A stretch of DNA of 64,000 nucleotides, from positions 414,279 to 478,278 of the forward strand of contig BCKQ01000001.1 of NCBI GenBank assembly GCA_001600695.1. The letters run 5' to 3'. The stretch comes from Ascoidea asiatica JCM 7603. Its lineage: Eukaryota > Fungi > Ascomycota. The translations under genes and the position numbers were made by a program. Each line of letters begins with the position of its first letter. Position 1 is the first letter of the stretch. Below the pieces are notes generated by a model that ran no database searches, had not been told where the DNA came from, and saw only the letters and a list, made by a program, of their open reading frames with translations. Of the stretch, positions 48,629 to 62,143 are shown piece after piece.

Positions 48629-49433
48629 TGAATGGATTTTTCTATTCAATCCGCTCCGGTCTCCGTGTCCCATCCTTTTCCGGATCTGCTGCTTCCTTCC
48701 CCGGCTCTAACGCTCAGCGCTCCTTCTCAACGTTTTTGTCCTGGAAGAAAACAGTCAACAAACAAATGCTGAGAGATTGAAATAGCTTTAAAGCTCCATG
48801 GAAAACAGCTTTGAAAACAGCTTTGAAAACAGCTTTGGGAATATCTCTGAGAATGTTTTCTTTCTTTCCTTCTTTCGTTGTTTCTCGCTACTCATTTCTT
48901 ATTACTTTATTTATTTATCTTCCATAGTCTTGAAATTTCAACAATGCAACAATCAAAGAATGGGAGAATGAATTAATAATGAATTAATAATGAATCAATA
49001 ATGAAATATCTAGAGAATTGAACAATTAATCAATTAAATCATTAGTTAAATAACATTATACTTTAAACTTTATCAACGTATCTTAATTCCACCTTTTTTT
49101 TATTTTTTTTTTTATTTTGGTTTTTTATTTTGGGTTTTTAATTATTTTTTTTCACCAGAGTAATAATAAAAGAAAAAACCATTTCAAATTAATCTGATCA
49201 GATTAAGTTAATTCCCGATTAGTATATGTATATATTTTCCTCAATTAAACCAATTATTAGTATTTCTCAACAACTTCACAATTGAATTGAATTGAATTAA
49301 AAATCAATTGAATTGAATTGAATTGAACTAAAGTGAATTCACTTCAATTGATTTGATTTGAGTCTTTTTACTTTTCACGTTCACCTTATTTTTTAATTAA
49401 TCGATAAAAATAAATAAACTCAAGAAAGTAAAC

Positions 49434-49472
<39 letters not shown>

Positions 49473-49538
49473 GGGTCATATTGAAGATCATTTTTACTCT
49501 TTCAAGGATCTATATTCATTTTTTTTTTTTTCATAAAA

Positions 49539-52500
49539 ATGAGTCTGAATATAAATATTTTATATCTGAATAATTCTAATAAAAAATCTATAAATCCATA
49601 TTATATTAATAGTCCTTCAAAAAATATTGAAATTGGTATTGTTGGTACTTCATCTTTTTTAAATAATAATAACAATAATAATAATAATAATAATAAATAT
49701 AAAATAAGAAATAGAAGATTACTGGAAAATAATAAAAAAAGAGAATCAACTTCAACTCTTAAAGGTTTTTCATCTGATTTAAATTTAAATTCATTATCAA
49801 ATATAAATTCAAATAATTTATCATATTCAAATAGTATAGATAATGATAATATAGAATATAATCAAAATCAATATAATTATTATGAAAATAATAATACTTC
49901 AAATTCTTCAAATCAATCTCAATCTTCAAATCAATCTTCAATTTCTTCTTTTGATTTTAAATCTGCAACTTCTGATAATTATTCAATTCCACAATCTTCT
50001 TCAATATTTAATAAAACTGAACCTTCATATACAAGTGTAATTCCAATTCATGATTTATCTTTTTCAAAATTAACTTTAAATTCAAAATCAAGTTCTTTTA
50101 GTCTTGCTTTATCTAATTTTTCAAATAATAATAATAATAATAATATTAATATTAATAATCATGATTATAAATTTAGTCAAGATTCAAAACAATCTGGTTT
50201 TTTCAGTAATATTAATGATAATAAAACAAATGAAATAATAAATAAATTCTTTAATGAATCTGAAATTAAAAAAAATGAAAAATATTTAACTTGTTTTATG
50301 AAAGCAAAATCTACTTTTAATCCAATTCAAATTAATCAATCTCAAAATTATATTCCATTTAATAAAAATGATATTATTTTTATACATAAATTAAGTTCAA
50401 ATTCTAAAATTGCTTTTGCAACAATTATAAATAATTTATCAAAAGGTTGGATTCCAATCTCAAAACAATTTTTTTTACCAATAATTTCTTTAAAAAATTT
50501 AAATTTAAGAATTTATCCAAATGATAATATAAATTCATTTATTAATATTAATTCAAATAATTCTATAAATATTTCAAATAAATTTAATTCATTTATTGAA
50601 TTTTCATATTCTTTTATTTGTATAAAATTATTATTAATTTCAACTTCAAAAACTTTATTATTACAAAAAAAATTATTAAAATTAAATCCAATAAAATTAA
50701 TTAATTATTTAAATGAAAATATTAATGAAATTAAATCTTCAATTCAATATCTTTTACAAATTACAAATTGTTCTTCAAGATCTGATTATTTAGTTTCTAA
50801 TTTTAATAAACTTCATGAAATTAGAAAAAAATTATTATCAAATTGGTATAAATTAATGATTTTTAATAAAAAATATAATAATCAAAATTATATTAAAAAA
50901 ATTATTTCTAAATTTAATATTTTAGAAAATTTATTATTTAAATTATTAAATTCTTCAATTGATTTTTTAATAATTTGGGGTGAAAATAATGATAAAATTT
51001 ATAAAATTTCAAATAATTTTGAAAATTTTAATATTGAAAAACAAATTTCAAATCAAAATAATGTTAAAACTCCAAAAAATAATCAAAAAATTAATTTTGA
51101 TCTTGATTTAATAAATCCTCAATTAATAAAACCTAGATCTAATTCTCATTCTGATAATTATTCTGATCATCATTTTAAACATAATTCCCAAAATAACACT
51201 AGAAATAATAATAGACATAATTCTCAACATAATTCTAGGCATAATTCTAAACGTAATTCTCAACAAAGTCCTCAACAAAGTTCTCAAAGAAACTCCCAGT
51301 TTCAATATCAATCTCAATATCAATATCAATCAAGATCAATATCTCAACTACAATTGCAATTACAATCACAATTACAAAATGAAAGTCAAAATGAAAATCA
51401 ATCATCATTTCATCAACAACTTTCACCACCAATAGCACCTTTTCAAAGAGAATCTAAATCTGAACCAAGAAAAAGTGTAAATTATTCAAATAGACAAAGA
51501 AATAAAACTGTAAATTCAACTTTTACTGTACCAACTCCAAGAAAATTAGCAAAACCACCAATGATAAAAACTATTAAAAAAGCATCATCAACACCAAATC
51601 TTTTAGCTGAACAATTAAGAAAAAATCAAAATGGATTTAATGAAAATAATTTTAATGATAATACCAAAAGGAAAACTATAACAAAAGAAAATATAATATA
51701 TTTAAAAACTCCACCAATGGCAAGACAAAGATTGATTGAAATAAATTATTTATTAATTCAATATTTAAGTTTAATGTTAGGAAGATTAGATATGATTGAA
51801 AATAATAATGTTGCTTGTGAATTATTAGAAGTTATAGTATTTCAAATAATATTATTATTAAGAGAAGTTTTATTTGTTGGAAAATCTGCTTCAATATTAT
51901 TAAATTTAGCTGATTATACATTAGATAGTTCTTTAGAAAATCTTTTAACTTTAGTAACAGAATTAGTTTCTGCAGTAAAATTCTTAGTAACAAAAACAAT
52001 TCTAGAAGAAAATCCAACACCATTAACTAAATTATATTCTAGAAAAATTATAGAAAATTTACCAGAAATTACAACTACTTCTTATTTCTATTCACTTGAA
52101 GGTCTTAAACTTATAAGTATTGTATCAAAAATGATTAATTCTGCTTCAAGTTCATTAAAAAGTTGTAGTGGATTATTAGATTTAACTGGAGATTTTGAAC
52201 TTGATTATAATAGAAGTCATCCTGATTTTAATGAAATGAAAATAACTCCTCAAGAATTTGTAAGGCAATGCTCTCTTGGATTATTAGAAAGTATCAAAAG
52301 TCAATCAAATCATAGACAAGAAGATGAGGATGAGGATGAGGATGAGGATGAAGATGAAGATGAAGATGAAGATGAGGATGAAGATGAAGATGATCTGGAT
52401 CAAGAAGAAAATAATGAAAATGAACAAAGCTTTAGAAATCATATTAACTATAACAATTCTGGTAATAGAAGAGAAAGTGCTTATTATCAAACTACAATCT

Positions 52501-53669
52501 CTTCACTAGAAAATCATTCTTTAAATAAAGAATCTGTAAAATATTCAAATGTTAGATCAGGAGATAATGATATTAGAAGATTATCAATTTCTCAAGCTGG
52601 AACTAATTTAATCAAACAAGTATTACCAGAATTTAATCATTCTTCACCATATACAGTACGAACATCAGCATTTGAATTATTTAAAGATTCACCAATTCAA
52701 CAAGATAAAGAACTTAAAACTAAAGAATTTTCAGTTGATAATGAGATTTTATTAGATGATAATGGAAATTTACTTGGAGCTACATTTAGAGCTTTAGTTT
52801 ATTTATTAGTTAATGAATTACATAAACCAGATAAATTTTATCTTTCAACATTTTTTTTAACATTTCGAATATATTCAACACCAGCAGATTTAATTGAAGA
52901 ATTAATTAAAAGATTTGATGTTAATAATAAAGAAAAAACAATTTTAATTTCAGAAAATGAATTTGAGAAAAAAAATCAAAACATTTATGAAAATAATAAT
53001 AAATTTGAAGATTCAGATGATATGGTTAATATTGAAAGTCTTAAAGATTATTCAGTATTTGATTCAAGAATTAAGAATAGAAGAAAATTAATTTTAAATG
53101 TATTTAGTATATGGTTAGAAAGTTATTGGGATTATAAAGTTGATTATACATTATTACCTACAATAATTAATTTTTTAAATGAAAGTGCAATGAATTGTTG
53201 TAAAGAATTAGTTTATCCAATTCTTGAAATTTGTGCAAAATTGGCATCTGATCATCCATTTAAAAAAATAGCGTTAAATTTAAATAATAATGGAATTAAA
53301 AAAATTGGAAATCAAATTATTAAAAGAAGAATTGGACAAATTGGAGAAGTTGATTTGATTGGAAATGAAGGAAATGGAAATGGAAATGGAAATGGAAATG
53401 TAAATGAAATCGTAAACATAAATAAAAGAAATATGAATACAAATATATATAATAATGGATTACCAACTAAAGAACAAAATTTATCATCAATAAGTTTAAG
53501 AGTTAAATCATCATTATCATCAAAATTATCACTGATGAAATATTTTTCAGGAATTTTAAATAAAAATCAATTGAATGAAATTGAGAAATATATAATGATA
53601 TTTAGAAATATTTATGGTAAATTATGGAATCCAGATTTTGTTAAACCAGAAATTTTACTACCAAAAGTT

Positions 53670-53760
<91 letters not shown>

Positions 53761-54593
53761 TAATTGAAAATTCAAGTATAAGTTATTATCCATTAGATTT
53801 AATACAATTAATTGATTCATGGTTTAATATATGTATAAAGAAATATGAATTAAAATTTTCAACAAGAAATAGTAATTTTAGTTATAATTGTAAATTTAAA
53901 ATAAAATTATTAGAAATTAATTGTATGGAACTTTCAAAACAATTAACAATAATTGAATCAAAAATTTTTATTTCAATTGAATCTGAAGAATTACTTAATG
54001 AAAATTTTATTTTTAAAAATTTAAAAAAAGAAAAAAGTAAAAATATTGAAAAATCAATATTATTTACAAATTTATTAAGTGAATATGTTATTGAAAGTAT
54101 TTTAGAAAATGGATTAAATTTAAAAGAAAGAATAAATAATTTAAAATATTGGATAAAAGTTTCATATTGTTGTTTAATTTTAAGAAATTTTAATTCATTA
54201 GCAGGTATTATGACAATTTTACAAAGTTCTTCAATAACAAGATTACATAAAATTTGGGGAGGTATAAATTCTAAATATATTGAAATGTATAATTATTTAA
54301 TTTCAATTATTCAACCAGATAAAAATTTTTATATTTATAGAAGTAAATTAAAGAAATATTTAAATTTTTCAAAAGATGAGAATTATATTAAATTACCTTT
54401 AATTCCATATATAAATTTATATTTAAAGGATATAATTTTTATTAATGAAGGTAATTCCAATTATAGAAAAATTAATGGATATTTAAAATTAATAAATTTT
54501 GATAAACATTTGAAAATTGTTAAAATTTTATCAGAAATTGAACAATTTCAAGTTAATTATTCTTCAACATATAATATTATAAATATTAATAAT

Positions 54594-54630
<37 letters not shown>

Positions 54631-55085
54631 GTAATGGTGATGATAAACATTTGAATCAAACAAATGAGATCAATGATGAAATGAATAATAAGAATAAATA
54701 TAAAAATAAGAATAAAAGCAGAGATTCTTTATATGAAGTTGCAAGATCTCATTCTTTTAAAGATATTCCTATGGGAAATAATCATGAAGAGTTTTCATCA
54801 AATAATCTTAAAAATAATCAGCAACAAAACCAGCATAATCATCACCATTCACATCATCATCATCATCATAATAATCATACTATCAGTAGTAAAAGCAATA
54901 AAAGCAATAAAAGTAATAAAAGTAATAAAAATAACAATGATATTTCAATGGATTCAATCAGTCAATTGCAAGAATTAATCTTGATTCAATTCTTGGAGGT
55001 TCACAGTTTCTTTTTAAAAGACCAGGATCGGATGTGGACGCTCAGTTTTAACATTGAACAGCAGGGAAAAAGTCACCACCCGTGA
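49539..55085 (+). CDS. Ras-family GEF (Cdc25 family, Bud5-like) with degenerate N-terminal SH3
   Basis: SH3-like IPFNKNDIIFIH...KGWIP, REM domain GATFRALV...STFFLTFR...WLESYW and CDC25 domain ELSKQLT...RNFNSLAGI...PLIPYINLYLKD...EGN...LINFDK. Confidence 0.9.
53673..53756 (+). repeat. (AAT)28 poly-Asn tract inside the RasGEF CDS
   Basis: Perfect AAT trinucleotide run; one of many poly-Asn tracts in the window. Confidence 0.9.
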
Positions 55086-55203
55086 AAAAGAAGGTTTATA
55101 TTTTGTATTTTATTATATTTTATATTTTATATTTTATTATATTTTAGGTAAATGATCAAAAATAGAAGTGATTGATTTCAGAAGGTTTATATATGAAATT
55201 ATA

Positions 55204-55214
55204 TTGGCGGTTAA
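55204..55214. promoter_or_regulatory. URS1 (Ume6)-like site upstream of ZIP3
   Basis: TTGGCGGTTAA about 70 bp before the ATG; one mismatch from the GGCGGCTAA URS1 core and the only CpG-containing run in this AT-rich promoter. Confidence 0.55.
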
Positions 55215-55284
55215 GTTTTAATTATTGAAATTGTATATTTAAAGTTGAATTGAATAATAAAATAGTAAAATAATAAAAAAAACA

Positions 55285-56628
55285 ATGGATTTCAATCAAC
55301 CATTTGTATATTGTGGAATATGTTTTGAGAGATATTCAAAAGAGAATAATGAATTTTATTTAACATCTTGTGCACATATTTTATGTAAGAAACATATAAA
55401 AGAAGATCATAATCATGATGATGAATTAGATCAAGATAATGAAGATAATGAAGATAATGAAGAAGAAGAAGAAGAAGTATTAAATCAATTAGGAGAAATT
55501 AAATTAAAAAAATGTCCAATTTGTGAAGTTTTAAATATTTCAATAAAGAAATTATTAAATAATTTACCAAATGAAATTAAAAATTATTTTAAACCAATAC
55601 CAAAACAAATTGAAACAATTTTTTCAATTTGTCAATTTCAATTTTTTAATTTAATTGAATTTTTAAATTTTCAAAAAAAAATTATTGAAAAATTAAATTT
55701 TAAAATTAATAAACAAAAAAATTTATTATATTCTGCAAAAAATGAAATTAATGAATTAGAATTAATTAAAAAAGATTATTTAATTTTAAAAATTGAATAT
55801 AAAAATTTATTAAATGAAAGTAGTAAGAATAAGAATGAATTTGTTGATTTAACAATATTTGATGAGAATGAAGAAAGTATTAATACTGAATTAGATTTAA
55901 TTGATAAAGATAAAGATAAAGATAAAGATAAAGATAAAAATAGAGATAAAATTGAATATGAAAATAGAAATGAACAACAATCATTTATAAGAAAGATTCA
56001 AGAAAGTTCTTCATTAAGAAAGTCAATTACAACTAATGATAATAATAATAGAATATTTAATAGATTTAAAAGAAGTAAACAAATTGCAGAATCTACAAAT
56101 ATTGAAAGAAGTAATAATGAATTTAATTTTGGTAATATTAATAATAGAAATATTAATTTAAAAAGTAATAATAGTATTAATAGTATAAATACTATAAGTA
56201 GAAATAGTAATATTAATAGTAATAATAATTTAATAAATGGATATATATTAGAATCTAGATCTGGATCCAATACACCAAATGATAATAATAATCATAATTT
56301 TAATAGAATAGTTAAAAAGATTAATAATAATAGTATTAATAGTAATGGTAGTGGTAATGGTAATGGTAATGGAAATGGTAATATGAATAATTTTAATAAT
56401 TTTAATAATTTTAATAATAGATCAAGAACAAGTCAAATAAGTTCAAGATTATCATCACATATGAAAGTTGGAATTAGATCTTCAACAAATAGTGGTAATA
56501 GTAATAATAAGAATAAGAATATGAAAGTTGTTGGAATTGGTAGTAATAGGAATAGTAATACATCATTACTTTTTACATCTAGGAGATTATCAGGAAATGT
56601 AATTTCTAAGAGGAAATTTGGTAGATAA
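55285..56628 (+). CDS. CST9: Meiotic SUMO/ubiquitin E3 ligase Zip3/Cst9 (RNF212 family)
   Basis: QPFVYCGIC...LTSCAHILC..H...CPIC RING, then coiled coil and low-complexity tail; close to COX8 as in S. cerevisiae. Confidence 0.88.
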   Translation: MDFNQPFVYCGICFERYSKENNEFYLTSCAHILCKKHIKEDHNHDDELDQDNEDNEDNEEEEEEVLNQLGEIKLKKCPICEVLNISIKKLLNNLPNEIKNYFKPIPKQIETIFSICQFQFFNLIEFLNFQKKIIEKLNFKINKQKNLLYSAKNEINELELIKKDYLILKIEYKNLLNESSKNKNEFVDLTIFDENEESINTELDLIDKDKDKDKDKDKNRDKIEYENRNEQQSFIRKIQESSSLRKSITTNDNNNRIFNRFKRSKQIAESTNIERSNNEFNFGNINNRNINLKSNNSINSINTISRNSNINSNNNLINGYILESRSGSNTPNDNNNHNFNRIVKKINNNSINSNGSGNGNGNGNGNMNNFNNFNNFNNRSRTSQISSRLSSHMKVGIRSSTNSGNSNNKNKNMKVVGIGSNRNSNTSLLFTSRRLSGNVISKRKFGR

Positions 56629-56750
56629 TATATATTGAATTGTATTATAATTTATAATTTATAATTTATAATTTATAATTTATGATAAATAGATAATGTA
56701 ATTGATAAGTAATTGATAAATAGTTGAAAAGTAGTTGATAATTAATATAA

Positions 56751-57022
56751 TTACTCATCTTCAGCTTTTTTTAATTGAGCTTGATTAGCGTACCATGCTT
56801 CTCTTTTATCTACAGTACCTTTATGAAAACCCCACCACCAATAAGATGCAGCAATAGTACCAATAGCTATTATTATTGTTAGTAATCAAAGTGATTTAAG
56901 TGATTTAGTGAATAAATATATGTTTTAATATATCAGATAAATGTTTAATACATACTAAAACCAATGGTAATATCAGTAGCTACACGTTTTTTTAAAGTAC
57001 CAACAATTGGAGCAATAGCCAT
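56751..57022 (-). CDS. COX9: Cytochrome c oxidase subunit VIIa (Cox9), 60 aa; exons 57022-56956 and 56866-56751, intron 56955-56867
   Basis: GTATGT...TACTAAC (56884-56878)...TAG gives MAIAPIVGTLKKRVATDITIGFTIGTIAASYWWWGFHKGTVDKREAWYANQAQLKKAEDE. Not in the ORF track. Confidence 0.95.
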
Positions 57023-57724
57023 TATTATTATGTTATTAAGTTATTATGTTATTTGAATATATGATATGATATGATATGAATATATCTAATTATATATCTG
57101 ATTATATATTTATATATCTATTTATCTTTATTAATCTGATTAATATATTATATCTGTATTAGTATTTGAATAATGGAAATACTCCATAGTTAATACTCCA
57201 TAGTTAATACTCCATAGTTAAAACACTCCGAAATCGAACCAGTGCAAACAGGAACAAAGAAAAGAAAAAACAGAAACTTGAATAAAATCAGACGATGGTC
57301 ACGTGTGCACTCCCAGCCAATCAGCACTCTCCAATACTAATGCCATACTAATGCCATGATAATGTCGTGATAGTAATGCCATAACAATAATAAAAGTATT
57401 AATACGGGAGTATCACATGACTTTGCTACTACTTTCTTCATATCTCGATACGTTAATATGAATGTATGTGAGTAAATATATTAAATATGATATTAAATAT
57501 GATATTAAATATGATATGATATGATATGATATGATAATAACAGTGAATAAATAAATAATATATTCATATATCTTTATATCTTTATATTCATATATCTTTA
57601 TATCTTTATAATCACATTTGATAATATATAATCTTAAAGAATAAAACAAATTCAAATTCAAATATAATATCATATCATATCATATCATATCATATCATAT
57701 CATATCATATCATATCATATCAAA
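57023..57724. promoter_or_regulatory. COX9/COX8 bidirectional promoter with CCAAT boxes and E-boxes
   Basis: CCAATCA at 57317, CCAAT at 57331, TCACGTG at 57299, TCACATGA at 57413; (AATACTCCATAGTT)x3 at about 57178-57219; (ATATC)n just before the COX8 ATG. Confidence 0.6.
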
Positions 57725-57955
57725 ATGTTTTCAAGACAATCAACAAATTTAATTAAAAAAAATTTAATTCAAAAGAGATTATTCTCAAATTCAATTATTA
57801 ATAATGTTCATTTTAAAGAAGGTGTTTATTCAAATTTACCATTTAAAGTACATAATAGAAAAATTCCATTTGCTGTTTTACATTTTGGTTTCTTAGGTTT
57901 AGGTTTCGCAATTCCATTTGTTGCTGTTGGTTGGCAATTATATAAATCTTCTTAA
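57725..57955 (+). CDS. COX8: Cytochrome c oxidase subunit VIII (Cox8)
   Basis: Presequence followed by VHFKEGVYSNLPFKVHNRKIPFAVLHFGFLGLGFAIPF...QLYKS. Confidence 0.94.
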   Translation: MFSRQSTNLIKKNLIQKRLFSNSIINNVHFKEGVYSNLPFKVHNRKIPFAVLHFGFLGLGFAIPFVAVGWQLYKSS

Positions 57956-58183
57956 ATTTATATCCATTATATATAAATATATATATATATATATATAAAA
58001 GTAAGATAAGATTTATAAATTATTAATTATTAATTATTAATTATTTATATATAATTTAATATATTATTCATTTAATCTTCTTCTCATATTATATTCTATG
58101 ACAATTGTATTTGAAATTTATGTATATAAATGAAATATATGGAATACTGTAGTTCTATTATATAATGTATATTAATCCGTTTC

Positions 58184-59451
58184 CTATTTATCATCCTTAT
58201 TATCTTTATCAATACCTTTATCAATACCTTTTTTAGTACCCTTTTCAATAATCTTCTCTTCATCCAGATCTTCATCTAGATCTTCATCCAGATCTTCATC
58301 CAGTTCTTCTTCCAGATCTTCATCTGATGAAACTTCTTGTCCTAATAATGCAAGTTTAATCTTATATCCTTTATATTTCTCATCTAAATCTGTTAAAACT
58401 AACATCATATCATCTAATTCACTTCTTAATACATATTCTTTTTCAAATTTATTTATTCTATTTTCCATTTCTTTAATCTTCTTATCTTTTAAATCTTCCC
58501 TCTTTTTCTCCATCTCTCTTTCTTTCTCTCTTTCTTTCTCTTTTTCTTTCTCTTTTTCCTTTTCTATTTCCTTTTCTTTTTCTCTTTCAATTTCTTCTTG
58601 TTTAATTTGAAATTCTCTTCTATTTTCACTTTCTTTTAATTTTTCTTTTCCTTTAATAATTTCATTCTCAAAATTCTTAATTTTCAATTTATATTCTTCA
58701 ATAATTTTATTTTTTTTATTATTTTCATTCTCATAAAATTCTTTTTTTTCATTTAATTCTTTAATTTTCTTATCTTTTTTATTCAATTTCTCAATCTCAT
58801 AATTTTTATTATTATTAATTTCTTTTTTAATATTCTCATTTTCTCTTTTAAAATTTTCAATATCTTTAATAATTATTTTATTTTTTTTCTCAATCTCATT
58901 TTTTTCTCTTGTTAATTTAAATAATTCTCTTGTTAAATTATTTATACCTTCTTCATTTTTATTATTTTTTCTTTTAAATAAATTTATTTCTTCATTCATT
59001 TTTTTTTTATCATTTTCATAAATTTTTATTAAATTTTTAATTTTATTAAATTCATTTAATTCTTTTTTCAAAAAATTTATTTCTTCTATTTTTTTATAAA
59101 TTTCAATTTTTATTAATTTATTTTCTTCATTAATTATTTTTAAATTTTTTTCATTTTCTTTAAAATTTAAATTAATTTTTTTAAAATTTAAATTCAATTC
59201 ATTATAATTATTTTCAATTTTTTTTAATTCTTCAATTTTTTCATTCATTTCTTTAATTTTTTCTTTATTTTTTTCTTTTAAATTATTAAAATTTTCTAAT
59301 AATTTATCATATTTCTCAAATGTTAATTTTCCAATTGGTTCAAAATTTGAATCTTTTAATATTGAACTTTTAATTCTTAAAAAATTTTCTTTAATTAAAT
59401 TTATATAAATTTTATCAAAATAAATTCTTGGTAATCCATTTTTTTCATTAC

Positions 59452-59497
<46 letters not shown>

Positions 59498-62143
59498 TTT
59501 ATCAAAAAATGAATAATTAAATTCATTAAAATTTTTAATTTCATTTAAATTTATAAATTTACTTAATTTTAAATTAAATGAATCTTTACCAATATTCTTA
59601 ATTATTATTTTATATAATTCTTTTCTTTTTAATCCAATTTTATTTAAATTTGTTGAAGAATCATAAATAATTCCAATTAAAATAAAAATCATACCTTCAA
59701 TAATATCATTTAAATCTCCTTCAATACTTGAAATATAATTTATTAAAGTTATTATTATACTTTTTTCTTTTAAAAATTTTGAAATTGATTCACAATCTTC
59801 ATATAACCAAATTGATAAAATCATTAAATAACTTATTGCAATTCTTGGATCTTTTAAAACTAAATTTGTTGAAAGATTAGTAATAAGTAATTCAGAAATT
59901 GCTTCAATACAATTTAAAACTTCTTCATTATTTTCAATATTACCTATAGTTAAATTTTCAATAATTAATTTAATCTCTTTTGAAGAATCTTCAAATATAT
60001 ATAATAATATAACTGATGAAAACCAAATTTTATATGGATTTATTATAATTTCAGAATCATATTCCATTAATGTACTAAATATATTACCTTCTGGTGGTAA
60101 ATTATTTAAATTACCATTTAAATTTAAAATATTTGATTGATTTATTAATTGAATTGAAGATGAATTTGTAATTTCATTTGATTGTCTTTTAATATCAACA
60201 AAACTTGAAGAATCTGTTGAATTTGTTTTAAATGGTGATTCTTTATTTTCTTCTTCTGATAAATTATTAATTGGTGGTGTACTTATATTATTATTTATTG
60301 GTGATGGACTTTTAGAAATATTTGGAATTTTATTTTCTTCATTTTCTTTTTTAATTTCAATTTTATTTTCTTCAACTTTTTTATTTTCCTCTTGATTTTC
60401 ATTTTCAATCTTAATTTCATTTTCTTCTTCTTCTTTTATTTCCTTTTTTATTTCATTTTCTTTAATTTCTTCTTTTGATTCTTCTTTTGATTCTTTTTCT
60501 TTCTCATTTTCTGATTCATTTTCATTTTCATTTTCATTTTCTTTTAATATTTCATTATCTTCTTGTTTAATTGTAATATCAGAATTATCTTGTTTTAAAG
60601 AATTTAAAAAATCATTTTCTTGAATATTCATATTTATATTTAAAGATTTATAAGCATCAATTTGATCTAAAATAAATGATTTTTTTGCTTCTAAATTATT
60701 TTTAAAATATGCATGTAAAACATATGAAGAAGCAATTCTAATATCAAAAGTATGAATAGAATTTGCAAAAAGACACCAATTTAATAATGCACTTGTTACA
60801 GGTAATAAATAATTATTATTTAAAGATTTTGAAATTAATTGAATTGGTAAAGTTGGATCTATATAAGGTACATCAATTTTTGAAAATTCATATTGAATTT
60901 TTTCATTATTATTAATTAAAGAAGCTAAAGTAAATAAAGCAGTTGGTTTAATTTCATTTGGTATTAATGGATTAAAAATTAATCTTAAAATTAATATTAA
61001 AATATCATTTTTAAAAAAAATTAATTGATAATTTTTTGTTGAATCTGAATTTTCTTCATTAATAAAAATTTTACAAATTTCTAAAGTATTAATTAAATTT
61101 TGAAAATTTTGATAATTCCAATTTAAATTTAAATTTAAATTTTTTTTTTTTTCAATTTCTAATAAAGGTTGATTTAATAAAAAACCAATTCTTGGAATAC
61201 AACCAGATTCTATAAATAATTTTTGATTTGAAGCATTAAATAATAATAAATTAGTTAATAAAGATAAAGAATCTTGAACAACAATTGAACCAAAAATTGC
61301 ACCTTCATTAAAAATTATATTAAATAATTTTTCAAAAATATTTTGAAAAGCCAATAATTTTTGAATATTATGATTTTTATTTGTTAAACCCATTAATAAT
61401 AATATTGATTCATTTCTTATAGGTTCATGAGGATCATCTAAAGTTGAAATTAAAGTTGATATTGCCAATGGAGAATTTAAAATTAATTCTTTTGTTTTTA
61501 AAGGTCTTGTTGCAATTAAAGCTTGTAAGATTTGTAAAGTATAAAGAGTTGTAAAAAAATTATTATGATCTTCAATTATTGATATTAATAATTCAATATT
61601 ATTATTTATGATTATATTATTATTGTTATTATTATTATTATTATTATTATTTTCATTGTGATTATCATTATCATTTTGATAATCATTATTAATATGATTT
61701 ATTGGTTTTGTAAGTTCATCAGCAATCCATAAAGAAAATTGATCAAAAATATTTGGTATTTCTTTTTGTAATAAAGTTGGAGAAGGATATTTACCATTTT
61801 GAAATCTTGATTGATCAGATAAAAGTAAAAAATTTGATCTATCAGTTGTTAAATTATTATTTGAATCACCTCTAATGAATAAAATTAAAATTGTTTCTAA
61901 AATTGCTTTAATTATATCAAGATCAAGAATATCTCTATTCATAGTTGATATTAAACCATGTAAACCATTTTCTATAACAGATTCTCTATATTGACGACTG
62001 AAACCTTTTAAAGATAAAACTGCAGCTCTTCTATCAGCCATTAAAGTTGAATTATTTAATCTATCACATATTGTTGGAATTGCTTCTGAAGCAGATTGAA
62101 CCTTCTGATTACTTGGAGCTAAAAGCCCAGAGAAATAACTCAT
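58184..62143 (-). CDS. USO1: ER-Golgi tether Uso1/p115
   Basis: IPTICDRLNNSTLMADRRAAVLSLKGFSRQYRESVI armadillo head, HEPIRNE, long coiled coil, ELDDMMLVL and acidic tail. Confidence 0.95.

Noticed and set aside
48589-48780. 63-aa ORF starting inside the array
   Set aside because: The 17-bp period is incompatible with coding repeats and the rest is GC-rich promoter sequence.
49539-55085. Mating-type locus near the Bud5-like gene
   Set aside because: BUD5 flanks MAT in S. cerevisiae, but no homeodomain, HMG or alpha-box ORF is present in this window.
57225-57245. GGTTCGATTTC on the minus strand resembling a tRNA B-box/T-loop
   Set aside because: No proper T-stem, acceptor stem or A-box; it lies in the COX9/COX8 promoter.
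57464-57543. Possible 5'-UTR intron of COX8 (GTATGT...TAATAAC-AG)
   Set aside because: Branch point is non-consensus and adjacent to the AG, unlike the verified introns here; no frame constraint to support it.
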